Below, one piece after another: positions 18,524-28,673 of a DNA stretch of 37,938 nucleotides. The DNA is taken from sequence record SRR22947725_6578; one strand, given 5' to 3'. The notes beneath the pieces are model-generated. The model saw only the letters and a program-made list of their open reading frames with translations, ran no database searches and was not told the origin of the DNA. Position 1 is the stretch's first letter; every line of letters begins with the position of its first letter. Both the position numbers and the translations under genes were made by a program.

Positions 18524-18669
18524 TAAGTGATGCCGACAATCCAAGCCGTTTTGGGCGCCTCAACGAAAGGCTCTACCCGCCGCGTAAGGAGAACGCGCCC
18601 GGGCCCCGTTGATATTATTCTCAGCAAGCCTTTGATAGGCTTGAATCAAGCCAGATCAAGGACCCTCTC

Positions 18670-19644
18670 ATGACCGACATCAACTTTACTCAGATCGAAA
18701 GCAACGGCATCAACATGCGCCTGGCGCAGGCTGGCGAGGGCCCATTAGTTCTGTTGATCCACGGCTGGCCTGAGTCTTGGTATTCCTGGCGACACCAACT
18801 GATCGCCCTAGCAGATGCAGGTTATCACGCTGTCGCCCCCGATATGCGAGGTTATGGCGGCACCAGCGCGCCGGCCGAACCCGAGGCTTATCGTATCGAT
18901 CACCTCGCTAAAGATGTTGTGGGCATTATTGATCATTTCGAACAAGCAACCGCAACCATCATTGGTCACGACTGGGGCTCGATGGTGGTGTGGTATACCG
19001 CCCTACTACATCCGGATCGAATTAATGGGGTTATGGGGATGAGCGTGCCTTATGGCGGCCGGGCAAAACAGGCGCCCCTTGAAAGCTTTAAAGCGGCCTT
19101 CGGCGACAATTTCTTTTACATCCTCTACCACAATGAACTGGACGGCAATAACCTGGGCGTTGCCGAAGCGGAGTACGACCAGGATCCCAGGGGGATTTTA
19201 TCAAGGCTCTACGCTTCCCCAGATTCTCCACGAGCACCGGCTCTGATTACCGACCCAAAGCGGCGCGCCGGAGGCTGGATCGACCGGTTGGGTGAAGTAT
19301 TAGAGCAACCGGCTTGGCTGTCCGAGGACGACCTTGCCTACTTCGTAAACGAATTTAAGGGCAGCGGATTTCGGGGTGGGGTCAACTACTACCGAAATTT
19401 CGACCGCAATTGGACCATCACGGAAAGCTTGGACCCCGTCATCGCCATGCCGTCGGCCTTCGTCTCTGGCGCGCAGGATGTTGTCATCCAAGGCGCCGAT
19501 ACGGCCGCCTTGCAGGCCATGATGTCGCCGGTCATGCAGCAGTTGGGTGACATCACCCTCATTGACGGCATGGGCCATTGGATTCAACAAGAAGCCCCAG
19601 CTGAAACCAATGCCGCGATCATCCAATTTTTGAAATCGATCTAA
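18670..19644 (+). CDS. Alpha/beta-fold epoxide hydrolase (EphA/soluble EH-like)
   Basis: HGWP oxyanion motif, PDMRGYG, GHDWG (Asp nucleophile), cap tyrosines in FFYILY and NYYRN, and GHWIQQE (catalytic His). AAGGA RBS. Confidence 0.92.
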   Translation: MTDINFTQIESNGINMRLAQAGEGPLVLLIHGWPESWYSWRHQLIALADAGYHAVAPDMRGYGGTSAPAEPEAYRIDHLAKDVVGIIDHFEQATATIIGHDWGSMVVWYTALLHPDRINGVMGMSVPYGGRAKQAPLESFKAAFGDNFFYILYHNELDGNNLGVAEAEYDQDPRGILSRLYASPDSPRAPALITDPKRRAGGWIDRLGEVLEQPAWLSEDDLAYFVNEFKGSGFRGGVNYYRNFDRNWTITESLDPVIAMPSAFVSGAQDVVIQGADTAALQAMMSPVMQQLGDITLIDGMGHWIQQEAPAETNAAIIQFLKSI

Positions 19645-19682
19645 GGCAACCTGAAGGCCCACGCGAACCGCTCAACTTAGGT

Positions 19683-20081
19683 TTAACCGTTGTAAAGGTC
19701 CAAGCAAAACCCAATCAGAGCCCCTAATACAAAAATATAAATAGGCGGCATGCTCATCATCAATCCCAGCATTCGCTTTGAAGACGCCTGATAATAACCC
19801 AACGCGTAAAGAAGCCTGCCGATGGGCCAAAACACCCCAATCCCAGCGGCCCAAAAAGGGTCGACCGCCAGCGCGAACAACCAAAGCGACGGCACGAATA
19901 AGACCAGGTGCTCGAGCGTATTCAGGTGCGCTCGAACGTAGCGCTGATAATCCTCGGGCCCGTCGTGTGACGGTGCTGGCACCCCAAAGCGCCCCCGGGC
20001 CATGCCGGATTGGTACAAAGTGTAGTAGTAAACGAGCAGTGATAATCCCGTCACGATTCCGGTGTAGGTGAATTCGCTCAT
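19683..20081 (-). CDS. MAPEG family membrane protein (microsomal GST-like)
   Basis: Motifs AR..FGVPAP, RYVRAHLNTLE and GRLLYALGY, with four hydrophobic helices. GAGG RBS. Confidence 0.9.
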   Translation of the reverse strand: MSEFTYTGIVTGLSLLVYYYTLYQSGMARGRFGVPAPSHDGPEDYQRYVRAHLNTLEHLVLFVPSLWLFALAVDPFWAAGIGVFWPIGRLLYALGYYQASSKRMLGLMMSMPPIYIFVLGALIGFCLDLYNG

Positions 20082-20404
20082 AGCGCCTCGTCATTAACAC
20101 AAAAAAGAGCATTACTATTTCACAGTTCCGGGGCAGCGGAAACCATAAAGATTTGGATGCAAGTGATTGCATACCCGAGCTGTCTGATTACCGCAGGCAA
20201 GGGGCAAATCAGGCCCAGTTGACGCGGTTGCGCGATGGTCCTAAGCGCCGCCTCTACGCAGGCTGATCGCCTCCGAGGAAAAATTTTTAAGTCCAGGATG
20301 AATTTCATTGATTCCAAGCAAAATGGGTAGTAATTTTCGATTGTCGCGAATTTGCGTGATCTTAAATTTCGCGCCAACTGGATGACGCAACGCCGGGAGC
20401 TACT

Positions 20405-22831
20405 ATGCAGAGTCACGCAAAAATCGTCATCGTTGGCGGTGGCATTATGGGAACGGGGTTGCTGTATCACCTCGCCGAAGAAGGCTGCACAGACGTCCTC
20501 CTCATTGAAAAAGCGGAGCTCACCTCCGGCTCAACTTGGCATGCAGCAGGCCAATGTCCGAATTTTGTAGGCGACTACAACCTTGCCAAAATCAATGCTT
20601 ACGGGAATCAGCTCTACCCTACCCTCGAGGCCAAAACCGGCCAGTACGTGAGCTGGCATGCACCCGGCAGTTTGCGACTCGCCCGCAGCCAAGCGGACCT
20701 TGACTGGTTTCGATATGTTCGCGGCTTTGGGGCCAATGCAGGCTTCCCAATGGAAATCATTGGCGTTGATGAAATCAAACAACTCAATCCTTTCTTGGTG
20801 ACCGATGGCGTGATCGCCGCAGCCTGGACGCCAGAGGATGGTCACGCGGATCCCTCCGGGCTCTGCAACGCCATGGCAAAGGGCGCCACCCAAATGGGCG
20901 CCAAGATAGCGCGCTACAACCGAGTCATCGCCATCAACGCGCAGCCCGGCGGCAACTGGGAAGTGGTCACAGAAAAAGGCACGGTCATTGCCGAGACCGT
21001 CGTGAATGCCGCGGGCTGTTATGCCCGCCAAGTTGCGCAAATGGTCGGCGCAGATGTCCCCATCATTAACATGGAACACCACTATTTAATTACCGATCCG
21101 ATCCAGGCCTTTGTTGAGCGTGATCGCGAAATCCCGGTAATGCGGGATTCCCTAACCGCCGGGTACTTTCGCCAAGAACAAAATTCGGGCCTGATCGGCA
21201 TTTATGAGCACACGGGCGCGGTTGAAGCCTGGGCGCCCAAAGGGGTCCCAGAATGGGCCTCTGAGAGCGAACTCTTCACTGAGGATTTAGACCGCCTGAT
21301 GCCCTGGCTTGGCAATGCACTCGAGCGCATGCCGGTTTTAGCCGATGCGGGCATCAAGCAAATTTTCAACGGGGCCATCTCGCACACGCCGGACGGGCCG
21401 CCACTGCTTGGTCCGGTCGCTGGCTTGAAGAACTTCTGGCTTTGTTGCGGCGCGTCCTTCGGGATCGCCCAAGGCGCTGGTTGCGGCAAGTACCTTGCGC
21501 AATGGATGCTCTATGGCGACGCCGATATCAACATGACGGGTTTGGATCCCCGCCGCTTTGGGGTGTTTGCAGATGATCCCTACCTAAGGGCCACGGTCTT
21601 TCAAGATTACTGCAACACCTTTGTAACCCCGCTCCCATCAGAGGAACTGCCGGCAGGCCGCGCACAACGCACCAGCCCACTGTATGAAACCCTAAAAGCG
21701 CAAGGCGCTGTCCACAGCCAAACCTTCGGCTGGGAGCGTCCAAAATGGTTTTCATTGGACGGCCGGGACGAGGATTACAGCTATCACCGTAACAACGTCT
21801 TCGAGGTTGTGCGCGATGAGTGCCTAGCCGTTCGGGATCGAGTTGGCATCATGGACTTTACTGGATTTGCAAAATACGAGGTCCGCGGTCCCGATGCACG
21901 GGCCTACCTGAACCGTCTTTGCGCCAACCGCATTCCCTCAAAGCAAGGCGGCATCACGCTGACCCATGTTCTATCGGACCAAGGCCGCATTCAAGGTGAG
22001 ATGACGATCACGTGCATTGCCGCGGATTGTTACTACGTGCTGTCTGCCGCCAGTGCGGAAACGCGCGATCTGGATCATTTAATCCAAGGACTGCAGGCCA
22101 ACGAGCAGGTTTCAATCCAGAATGTCACCGACGATTGGGGCCTGTTGGTGGTTGCAGGGCCCCGAGCTCGAGACCTCCTATCAGCGTGCAGCACAGCAGA
22201 TTTTAGCACTGAGGCGTTCCGCTGGTTTACCGGCCAAGCAATCACCATTGCAGGGGTCCCCGTGAGAGCACTGCGGATGAATTATGTCGGGGAACTTGGC
22301 TGGGAACTGCACGCACCGATCGCGCAGTTAACAACCCTTTACGATGCCCTTTGGCAGGCGGGCCAGCCTTTCGGGATCGCCAATTTTGGTTTGTACGCGG
22401 TTAATAGCCTGCGAGTTGAAAAAGGCTATCGCGGCTGGGGCGCGGAACTCACCAACGAAGTGACCTTACTCGATGCCGATATGGAACGTTTCATCCGCTT
22501 CGACAAGAAGCCCGATTTTAACGGCCGCGCCGCAACGCTCGCGCAGCGCGATGCTGGGCGATCAATCCAACTGGTCTACCTCACGGTTCAGGCAGGCACT
22601 GCCGATGTGCGCGGCGGCGAGCCCATCTACAGCGATGGACGCTGTATCGGCGTTACCACGTCAGGCGGCTATGGTCATCGAACCGACCAAAGCCTGGGTT
22701 TTGGCTATGTGGCGATCGCCCATAGCGCCCCCGGCACCGTTTTTGAGGTTGAAATATTGGGCGAGCGTTATCCCGCAACCGTTCTGGCTGAGCCCGTTTG
22801 GGATCCCAGTAACGCGCGACAGCGCGCCTGA
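20405..22831 (+). CDS. GcvT-family flavoprotein, dimethylglycine dehydrogenase-like
   Basis: GGGIMG FAD-binding motif, LTSGSTWHAAG, TPDG, GWERPKWF, YVGELGWELH and SLRVEKGYRGWG. 808-aa FAD plus aminomethyltransferase architecture. Confidence 0.88.
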   Translation: MQSHAKIVIVGGGIMGTGLLYHLAEEGCTDVLLIEKAELTSGSTWHAAGQCPNFVGDYNLAKINAYGNQLYPTLEAKTGQYVSWHAPGSLRLARSQADLDWFRYVRGFGANAGFPMEIIGVDEIKQLNPFLVTDGVIAAAWTPEDGHADPSGLCNAMAKGATQMGAKIARYNRVIAINAQPGGNWEVVTEKGTVIAETVVNAAGCYARQVAQMVGADVPIINMEHHYLITDPIQAFVERDREIPVMRDSLTAGYFRQEQNSGLIGIYEHTGAVEAWAPKGVPEWASESELFTEDLDRLMPWLGNALERMPVLADAGIKQIFNGAISHTPDGPPLLGPVAGLKNFWLCCGASFGIAQGAGCGKYLAQWMLYGDADINMTGLDPRRFGVFADDPYLRATVFQDYCNTFVTPLPSEELPAGRAQRTSPLYETLKAQGAVHSQTFGWERPKWFSLDGRDEDYSYHRNNVFEVVRDECLAVRDRVGIMDFTGFAKYEVRGPDARAYLNRLCANRIPSKQGGITLTHVLSDQGRIQGEMTITCIAADCYYVLSAASAETRDLDHLIQGLQANEQVSIQNVTDDWGLLVVAGPRARDLLSACSTADFSTEAFRWFTGQAITIAGVPVRALRMNYVGELGWELHAPIAQLTTLYDALWQAGQPFGIANFGLYAVNSLRVEKGYRGWGAELTNEVTLLDADMERFIRFDKKPDFNGRAATLAQRDAGRSIQLVYLTVQAGTADVRGGEPIYSDGRCIGVTTSGGYGHRTDQSLGFGYVAIAHSAPGTVFEVEILGERYPATVLAEPVWDPSNARQRA

Positions 22832-25326
22832 TGAGTCCTCCAACCTCAAAAGGCTCTGACGCCACAAACAATCAGTCCAGCGGCAGTAGCCTACCGAGCC
22901 ACGCGCGCGTGGCCATTATTGGCGGCGGCGTCATCGGCTGCTCGGTGGCCTATCACTTCGCCAAGATGGGTTGGTCTGATGTTGTGTTGCTTGAACGCAA
23001 AGAACTCACGAGTGGCACAACCTGGCACGCTGCCGGTCTGGTTGGCCAGCTCAGGCCTTCGGTCAATATGACTAAATTAGCGCGCTACACCAGCGAACTC
23101 TACGGCACCTTGGAAGCCGAAACCCAGCAAGCAACCGGTTACCGCCAAAGCGGTTCTATTTCGATCGCAACGCAAAGCGCCCGCCTCGAAGAACTAAAGC
23201 GCAGTGCGTCGATGGCCAAGGTATTTGGCCTGCCCGTTGATGTTCTAAGCACCTCCGAAATCGGTGAGCGTTATCCGCTGCTCAATACCAGCGATGTCTT
23301 GGGCGGTATTCATATCCCGAGCGATGGCTACGCCAATGCGGTGGATGTGACCCAAGCCCTTGCCAAGGGCGCCCGCGCTGGCGGCGTCAAGATCTTCACC
23401 CATACCGAAGTCACAGGCATTGTCCAAGATGGCAAAAAGGTAACGGGCGTGCAAACCACGGCCGGTGATTTAGGCGTTGATTATGTCGTTATTTGCGGCG
23501 GCATGTGGTCTCGGGATCTAGCAGCATCGATTGGCGTCAACCTGCCCTTACATGCCTGCGAGCACTACTACGTTTTATTCGAGTCCGTCGCGGGCTTAAC
23601 GCCGGATCTGCCCGTGCTCCGCGACTATGACGCCTGCGCCTACTATAAATACGATGCCGGCAAACTGTTGGTCGGGGCCTTTGAGCCCAACGCCAAGCCC
23701 TGGGGTATGGGCGGTATCAGTCCGGACTTTTGTTTTGATGAGATTGACGGTGATTTTGAGCACATGGCGCCGGTGCTGCAGGATGCCATCCACCGCATCC
23801 CCGCCCTCGCCTCGGCCGGCATCCAAAAATTCTTTTGTGGCCCGGAAAGTTTTACCCCAGACGTTCGCTATCATCTTGGGCAAGCGCCCGAGCTCGATAA
23901 CTGTTTTGTCGCAGCCGGCCTAAACTCGATTGGTCTGCAGTCTGCGGGTGGCATTGGCAAAGTCGTGACAGAATGGGTCCGCGCAGGGCACCCGCCGGTG
24001 GACTTATGGGAAGTCGACGTCCGGCGCAACATGCCCTTTCAGAATAACCGCCAGTACCTACATGACCGGGTCAGTGAAAGTCTCGGTTTGCTGTATGCCT
24101 CTCATTGGCCCTATCGCCAATACGAAACCGCTCGAGGCATCCGTAAGTCCCCGCTATTTGATCGGCTGGTCGCTCAAGGCGCCTGTCATGGTGAAGCCTT
24201 TGGCTGGGAGCGCCCGAACTGGTATGCACCAAAGGGCACCGACCCTGTTTATGAGTACAGTTTTGGTCGCCAAAACTGGTTTGAGCATACCGCGGCGGAA
24301 TGCAAAGCCGTGCGGGAAAACGTCGCGCTGTTCGATCTATCCTCGTTTTCAAAATTTCGGCTTGAAGGCCGAGACGCGAAGACCGTGCTGAATCAAATCT
24401 GCGCCAATGAAGTCGATGTCGCGCCTGGCAAGCTGGTTTACACCCAGTGGTTGAACCCGCGCGGGGGTATTGAGGCAGACCTAACCGTCACCCGGTTAAC
24501 CGAAGCGAGTTACCTCATTGTCGGCGGCGCAGAAACGGAAGTCCGCGATTTTGATTGGTTAACGCGCCATATCCCAGATGACGCGCATTGCATCGCAACC
24601 AACGTGACGTCTGCCATGGGCGTTATTTCTGTTATGGGCCCCAACGCGCGCGCCCTACTGCAGTCCATGACCCCGGATGATCTTTCTAACGAGGGCTTTG
24701 CCTTCGGTTATAGCCGGGAGATTGAACTGGGGTACGCGCGGGTTAGAGCCTCCAGAATCACCTACGTTGGCGAGCTCGGCTGGGAGCTGTACATCCCAAC
24801 GGAGTTTGTCGCCCATGTTTATGACGCGCTGACCGAAGCGGGTAAAGACTTCGACCTTGCCCACGCTGGGTATCATGCCCTTAATTCATTGCGCATTGAA
24901 AAAGGCTATCGGCATTGGGGACACGACATCACGGATGAAGACTCCCCCCTCCAAGCGGGTTTGGGCTTTGCGGTCAAGATGAAGAAGCCGGGCGGTTTTA
25001 TCGGCCGCGATGCCTTATTACAAGAGCGTGATCAGGGCATCGCCCGCAAGATGGTGCAATTTTTACTGGCCGACCCCGAGGCCATGATCTACCACAACGA
25101 GCCGATTTGGTGTGACGGCGCAATTGTCGGGCATATCAGCTCCGGCGCCTTTGCTTACACGTTCGGCGCTTGTATCGGGCTGGGCTATATCCCCTGGGAT
25201 AAGACCTGTTCAGAAGCATCCACGCGCAATCAGCAGTTTGAAATTGAAGTGGCCGGCGTCCGGATTCCAGCCCAGGTCTCTTTAAACCCATTTTATGATG
25301 CCAAAAGCATCCAAATTCGCCGCTGA
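22831..25326 (+). CDS. GcvT-family flavoprotein, sarcosine dehydrogenase-like
   Basis: GGGVIG, LTSGTTWHAAGLVGQLR, GPESFTPD, GWERPNWY and SLRIEKGYRHWG. TGATG overlap with the previous gene. Confidence 0.88.
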   Translation: MSPPTSKGSDATNNQSSGSSLPSHARVAIIGGGVIGCSVAYHFAKMGWSDVVLLERKELTSGTTWHAAGLVGQLRPSVNMTKLARYTSELYGTLEAETQQATGYRQSGSISIATQSARLEELKRSASMAKVFGLPVDVLSTSEIGERYPLLNTSDVLGGIHIPSDGYANAVDVTQALAKGARAGGVKIFTHTEVTGIVQDGKKVTGVQTTAGDLGVDYVVICGGMWSRDLAASIGVNLPLHACEHYYVLFESVAGLTPDLPVLRDYDACAYYKYDAGKLLVGAFEPNAKPWGMGGISPDFCFDEIDGDFEHMAPVLQDAIHRIPALASAGIQKFFCGPESFTPDVRYHLGQAPELDNCFVAAGLNSIGLQSAGGIGKVVTEWVRAGHPPVDLWEVDVRRNMPFQNNRQYLHDRVSESLGLLYASHWPYRQYETARGIRKSPLFDRLVAQGACHGEAFGWERPNWYAPKGTDPVYEYSFGRQNWFEHTAAECKAVRENVALFDLSSFSKFRLEGRDAKTVLNQICANEVDVAPGKLVYTQWLNPRGGIEADLTVTRLTEASYLIVGGAETEVRDFDWLTRHIPDDAHCIATNVTSAMGVISVMGPNARALLQSMTPDDLSNEGFAFGYSREIELGYARVRASRITYVGELGWELYIPTEFVAHVYDALTEAGKDFDLAHAGYHALNSLRIEKGYRHWGHDITDEDSPLQAGLGFAVKMKKPGGFIGRDALLQERDQGIARKMVQFLLADPEAMIYHNEPIWCDGAIVGHISSGAFAYTFGACIGLGYIPWDKTCSEASTRNQQFEIEVAGVRIPAQVSLNPFYDAKSIQIRR

Positions 25327-25365
25327 CCATCAGGGCCAACCGTAACCGTATGAAGGAGGTGCACA

Positions 25366-26622
25366 ATGCTCACGACTGATAAGCTTATCCCCATTGTCGA
25401 TACCGCCAAGGCCGGTTACAGCCTACCCCAAGCACTCTATTGTCAGGAAGATGCGTTCTGCCAGGATATGGCCCGCGTCATCAAACAAAAATGGTTACTC
25501 GTAGACCACGTCAGCCGCATTCCGAAGCAAGGACAATATTTTCTTTACGAAGTCGGCCAGGAATCGATCATTGTGATTCGCGAGAACGCAGACACGGTGA
25601 ATGCTTTTTACAATGTGTGCCGCCATCGAGGCTCGCTGTTGTGTCTGGAGCAAGAAGGCGCGCGCGCGGCGTTAACCTGCCCTTACCATGCTTGGTCCTA
25701 CAACCTCGACGGCTCACTAAAGAACGCCCGCTTTATGCCCGAGGACTTTGATTTTTCAGCGAATGCGCTCAATCCCTGTCATCTTAAAATATGGCATGGC
25801 TTGATCTTCCTCAACTTATCAGATGGAGACGCCCCCGAATTTGATCAAGAATTTGCAGCGCTTGCGCCTTGGCTAGAGTTTCACGGCTTTGGCACCGCAA
25901 AGGTTGCCCACCGGGCGGCCTACCCGACCCACGCCAACTGGAAACTTGTGGTCGAAAATTTTCTCGAATGCTATCACTGCGTCACCGCACATCCTGAGTT
26001 TTGTTCCCGCCACGACCGCGATGCACTGGTCGCCTGCGGCGCGGGTCCAAACTCCGGGCCGGTAGATGCAGCAGTGCGGTTTGCCCCCGTGCTCGATGCT
26101 TGGGAGACCCGAGCGGCAGCGCTTGGACGGCCAATGGGATGCGTGGATGATGACGCCCATTCAGCGAACATGAAGTTTTATATGCAGCGTCCTCACCGCG
26201 AGGACATCTTAAGTGAAACCGAAGACGGGCAGCCGGTTGCCTGCCTCATGGGCAATCGCCAAGAATTTGATCACGGTCGAATGCATTTATCCTTTGGCCC
26301 GTTGAATCACATTATTGCCTGCAATGACTTTGCCGCGTTAATCCGGTTCACGCCCAAGCAAGCAACCTTTACAGAGGTGGACATTATTTGGCTCGTTGAT
26401 GGCAAAGCCGAAAACGTTGATGTCGAGCGTATGATTTGGATCTGGGATGTGACCACCCGCCAGGACAAGACCATTGTTGAGAACAATCAGCGCGGCATCG
26501 CCTCCAGCCGATATCAGCCGGGGCGATATTCCGACCAAGAACGCAAGGTGATCACCTTTACCAATTGGTATTTGAATCAATTACGCGCAACGCTCAACTT
26601 CCCAGCGGAGGCGACGGGTTAA
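25366..26622 (+). CDS. Rieske non-haem iron oxygenase alpha subunit (GbcA/Stc2/CntA-like quaternary-amine oxygenase group)
   Basis: Rieske ligands CRHRGS...CPYHAW. Mononuclear Fe motif NWKLVVENFLECYHC...AHPE plus distal QD. AAGGAGGT RBS. Confidence 0.88.
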   Translation: MLTTDKLIPIVDTAKAGYSLPQALYCQEDAFCQDMARVIKQKWLLVDHVSRIPKQGQYFLYEVGQESIIVIRENADTVNAFYNVCRHRGSLLCLEQEGARAALTCPYHAWSYNLDGSLKNARFMPEDFDFSANALNPCHLKIWHGLIFLNLSDGDAPEFDQEFAALAPWLEFHGFGTAKVAHRAAYPTHANWKLVVENFLECYHCVTAHPEFCSRHDRDALVACGAGPNSGPVDAAVRFAPVLDAWETRAAALGRPMGCVDDDAHSANMKFYMQRPHREDILSETEDGQPVACLMGNRQEFDHGRMHLSFGPLNHIIACNDFAALIRFTPKQATFTEVDIIWLVDGKAENVDVERMIWIWDVTTRQDKTIVENNQRGIASSRYQPGRYSDQERKVITFTNWYLNQLRATLNFPAEATG

Positions 26623-26711
26623 GTCCTCAGCAGACTTTATTGATCTTAATTTGGCCCAGCGATGATAGCGTAGGGCCCGATCCACGACGCCTTTTTGATC
26701 ACGCGCTGCGC

Positions 26712-27125
26712 TTAACCGAACACCTTGGTAAAGACGTGACCGCCCTCATCTCGGCTCACTTCGCGCCAACCCAATTTGATATACAAATCAGGCACGTCGG
26801 TATAAACGAACAAACGATCCGTGCCAAACGCGTTCGCAGTCGCGCAGCCAAGGTTTATGAGCTTTGACGCAAAACCCCTTCTTTGAAATTCAGGCAGCAC
26901 CATCACCGCGTTAATCCAGACAGCCTCCATAGCCGGGTCGGGCAACAGTGCCGTTGTAAAGGATAACCCGCCCGCCAATCTATCTGATGCGGCCAAAAGC
27001 GGCAGTGGCGATGGGAATCGCTCACCGGTCAGGGAGCTCTCAAAGTCCGGCCATTTTGTTTTGAATAACGCCAGCAACGCATCCAACCGGTGCGCCTGGC
27101 CGTCACTCTGCAGAACTTTTACCAT
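26712..27125 (-). CDS. GNAT family N-acetyltransferase
   Basis: Acetyl-CoA motif A, V.V.PEFQRRGFASKL, and LYIKLGW. AGGAG RBS. Confidence 0.85.
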   Translation of the reverse strand: MVKVLQSDGQAHRLDALLALFKTKWPDFESSLTGERFPSPLPLLAASDRLAGGLSFTTALLPDPAMEAVWINAVMVLPEFQRRGFASKLINLGCATANAFGTDRLFVYTDVPDLYIKLGWREVSRDEGGHVFTKVFG

Positions 27126-27431
27126 TGTCTTGGACTCCTATACCTAAGGCTTAGCGGTTCTCAAGTCACCGCGTTCGCCAGCATCTAAAACATCCAATTT
27201 AGCCCCATCCTAACCTCGTAAACCCTCTCATTATCGGCTTCTAAGTATTGTCTTGGTTCCTCAGCATTACAATCTTCGCCAAACGATCCCGCAGCGAATG
27301 CCCGCAAGGTCAAACCTGGCCTTCAAGCACAACCGACTTAACGCGCTTTTATCACCATCAACAGGTTGATTCGCGGCACTAGCGCGATACGATAGAGCAA
27401 CACCATCCGAAACGATTCTGAGGAGCAGGAC

Positions 27432-28529
27432 ATGGCCACGTTATGGTCCCCAATTTGTGATCAGCTTGGTATCAAGGTACCGATCTTTGGTTTTGCCCAC
27501 GATATCGCAACCGTTGCCGCCATCTCCAACGCGGGCGGTTATGGTGTGTACGGCGCAACGCGGCGGTTTCCGGATGAAATTACCCAGGAACTGGCGCAGA
27601 TCAAGGCGCTGGTCGGCGAGCGCCCGTTTGGGGTAGACCTAGTGCTGCCGCCCGGCATGCCAGAACATGACTCCCGAGAAGCGATCGAAATCGACATCCC
27701 GGACGAGCACAAGGCATTTGTCCAAAGCATCATTGAACAATACAACATCCCGCCTGCGTCCCAACCCGGCATGCGCACCCGGTTTATTCGATCAGCGGAA
27801 ATTGAAGCGGCCCAAATCCAGAGCGTTTTAGCGTCGCCGGTGAATATGTTCGCGTGCGGCATTGGCGCGCCCGCACCGGTCATCGAGGCCGCTAAAGCCC
27901 AAGGCATGACCACCCTTGCGCTCATTGGTAGCCCCCACCACGTTGCCCGAACCATTGCCGCCGGCGTCGATATCATCGTGGCCCAGGGCTATGATGCCGG
28001 CGCCCACACCGGCACCATTGGCACCTACTCACTGGTCCCGCAGATTGTTGAAGCCGCCTGCGACGTGCCGGTGCTCGTTGCCGGTGGCGTTGCAACCGGC
28101 AAACACATTGCTGCGGCCCTTGCGATGGGCGCTCAGGGCGTTTGGATGGGCACGGCCTGGCTCTTCTCGGAGGAGCACCAGGGGCACATGCATCCCATCA
28201 ACACCCAAAAACTGATTGAAGCCGGCAGCGGCGACACCGTAATTACCCGCTCGGAATCGGGCAAAACGTTTCGACAGGTTCGCTCTGGCTGGAGCCAGGC
28301 ATGGGAGGCCGAAGGCGCCCCTGCCCCACTCAAGATGCCGTATCAAGATGTTCTGGTTGGGGACCTTTTAGGCGCAATTGAGGAGCACGACATTGAGCCG
28401 TTGATTCATTCCGGCGCCGGACAAAGTGTCGGGTATTTCGACCAAGTTCGTCCGGTACAGGCCATTATGGATCAGCTGGTGAATGAGACCATTGAGACTC
28501 TAACTCAGCAACAAACCTTTTTGAGATAA
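27432..28529 (+). CDS. Nitronate monooxygenase / FabK-like flavoprotein
   Basis: Motifs AISNAGGYG, PFGVDL, QGYDAGAHTG, VAGGV, GAQGVWMGT and AGQSVG. GAGGAG RBS. Confidence 0.9.
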   Translation: MATLWSPICDQLGIKVPIFGFAHDIATVAAISNAGGYGVYGATRRFPDEITQELAQIKALVGERPFGVDLVLPPGMPEHDSREAIEIDIPDEHKAFVQSIIEQYNIPPASQPGMRTRFIRSAEIEAAQIQSVLASPVNMFACGIGAPAPVIEAAKAQGMTTLALIGSPHHVARTIAAGVDIIVAQGYDAGAHTGTIGTYSLVPQIVEAACDVPVLVAGGVATGKHIAAALAMGAQGVWMGTAWLFSEEHQGHMHPINTQKLIEAGSGDTVITRSESGKTFRQVRSGWSQAWEAEGAPAPLKMPYQDVLVGDLLGAIEEHDIEPLIHSGAGQSVGYFDQVRPVQAIMDQLVNETIETLTQQQTFLR

Positions 28530-28673
28530 CCAACCTTCGCGGGTTCCCGAACTCGGTGATGAAGCGATCGCCGTTGCACGCCCCGTCATAACGACATCAC
28601 TGATCCCATCAGACCTTGGGCGGCCAGCGCATTTCCAAACAGCGGAACCAGGCGCGCATCAGTATGGTAAGGC

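Noticed and set aside
18670-20081. Epoxide hydrolase plus MAPEG as a joint epoxide-detoxification unit
   Set aside because: The genes are convergent rather than co-transcribed and both families are common, so adjacency alone is insufficient.
20082-20404. Glycine riboswitch upstream of the GcvT-family genes
   Set aside because: No GGAGA...CCGAAG...CUCUCAGG aptamer pattern was found on the coding strand.
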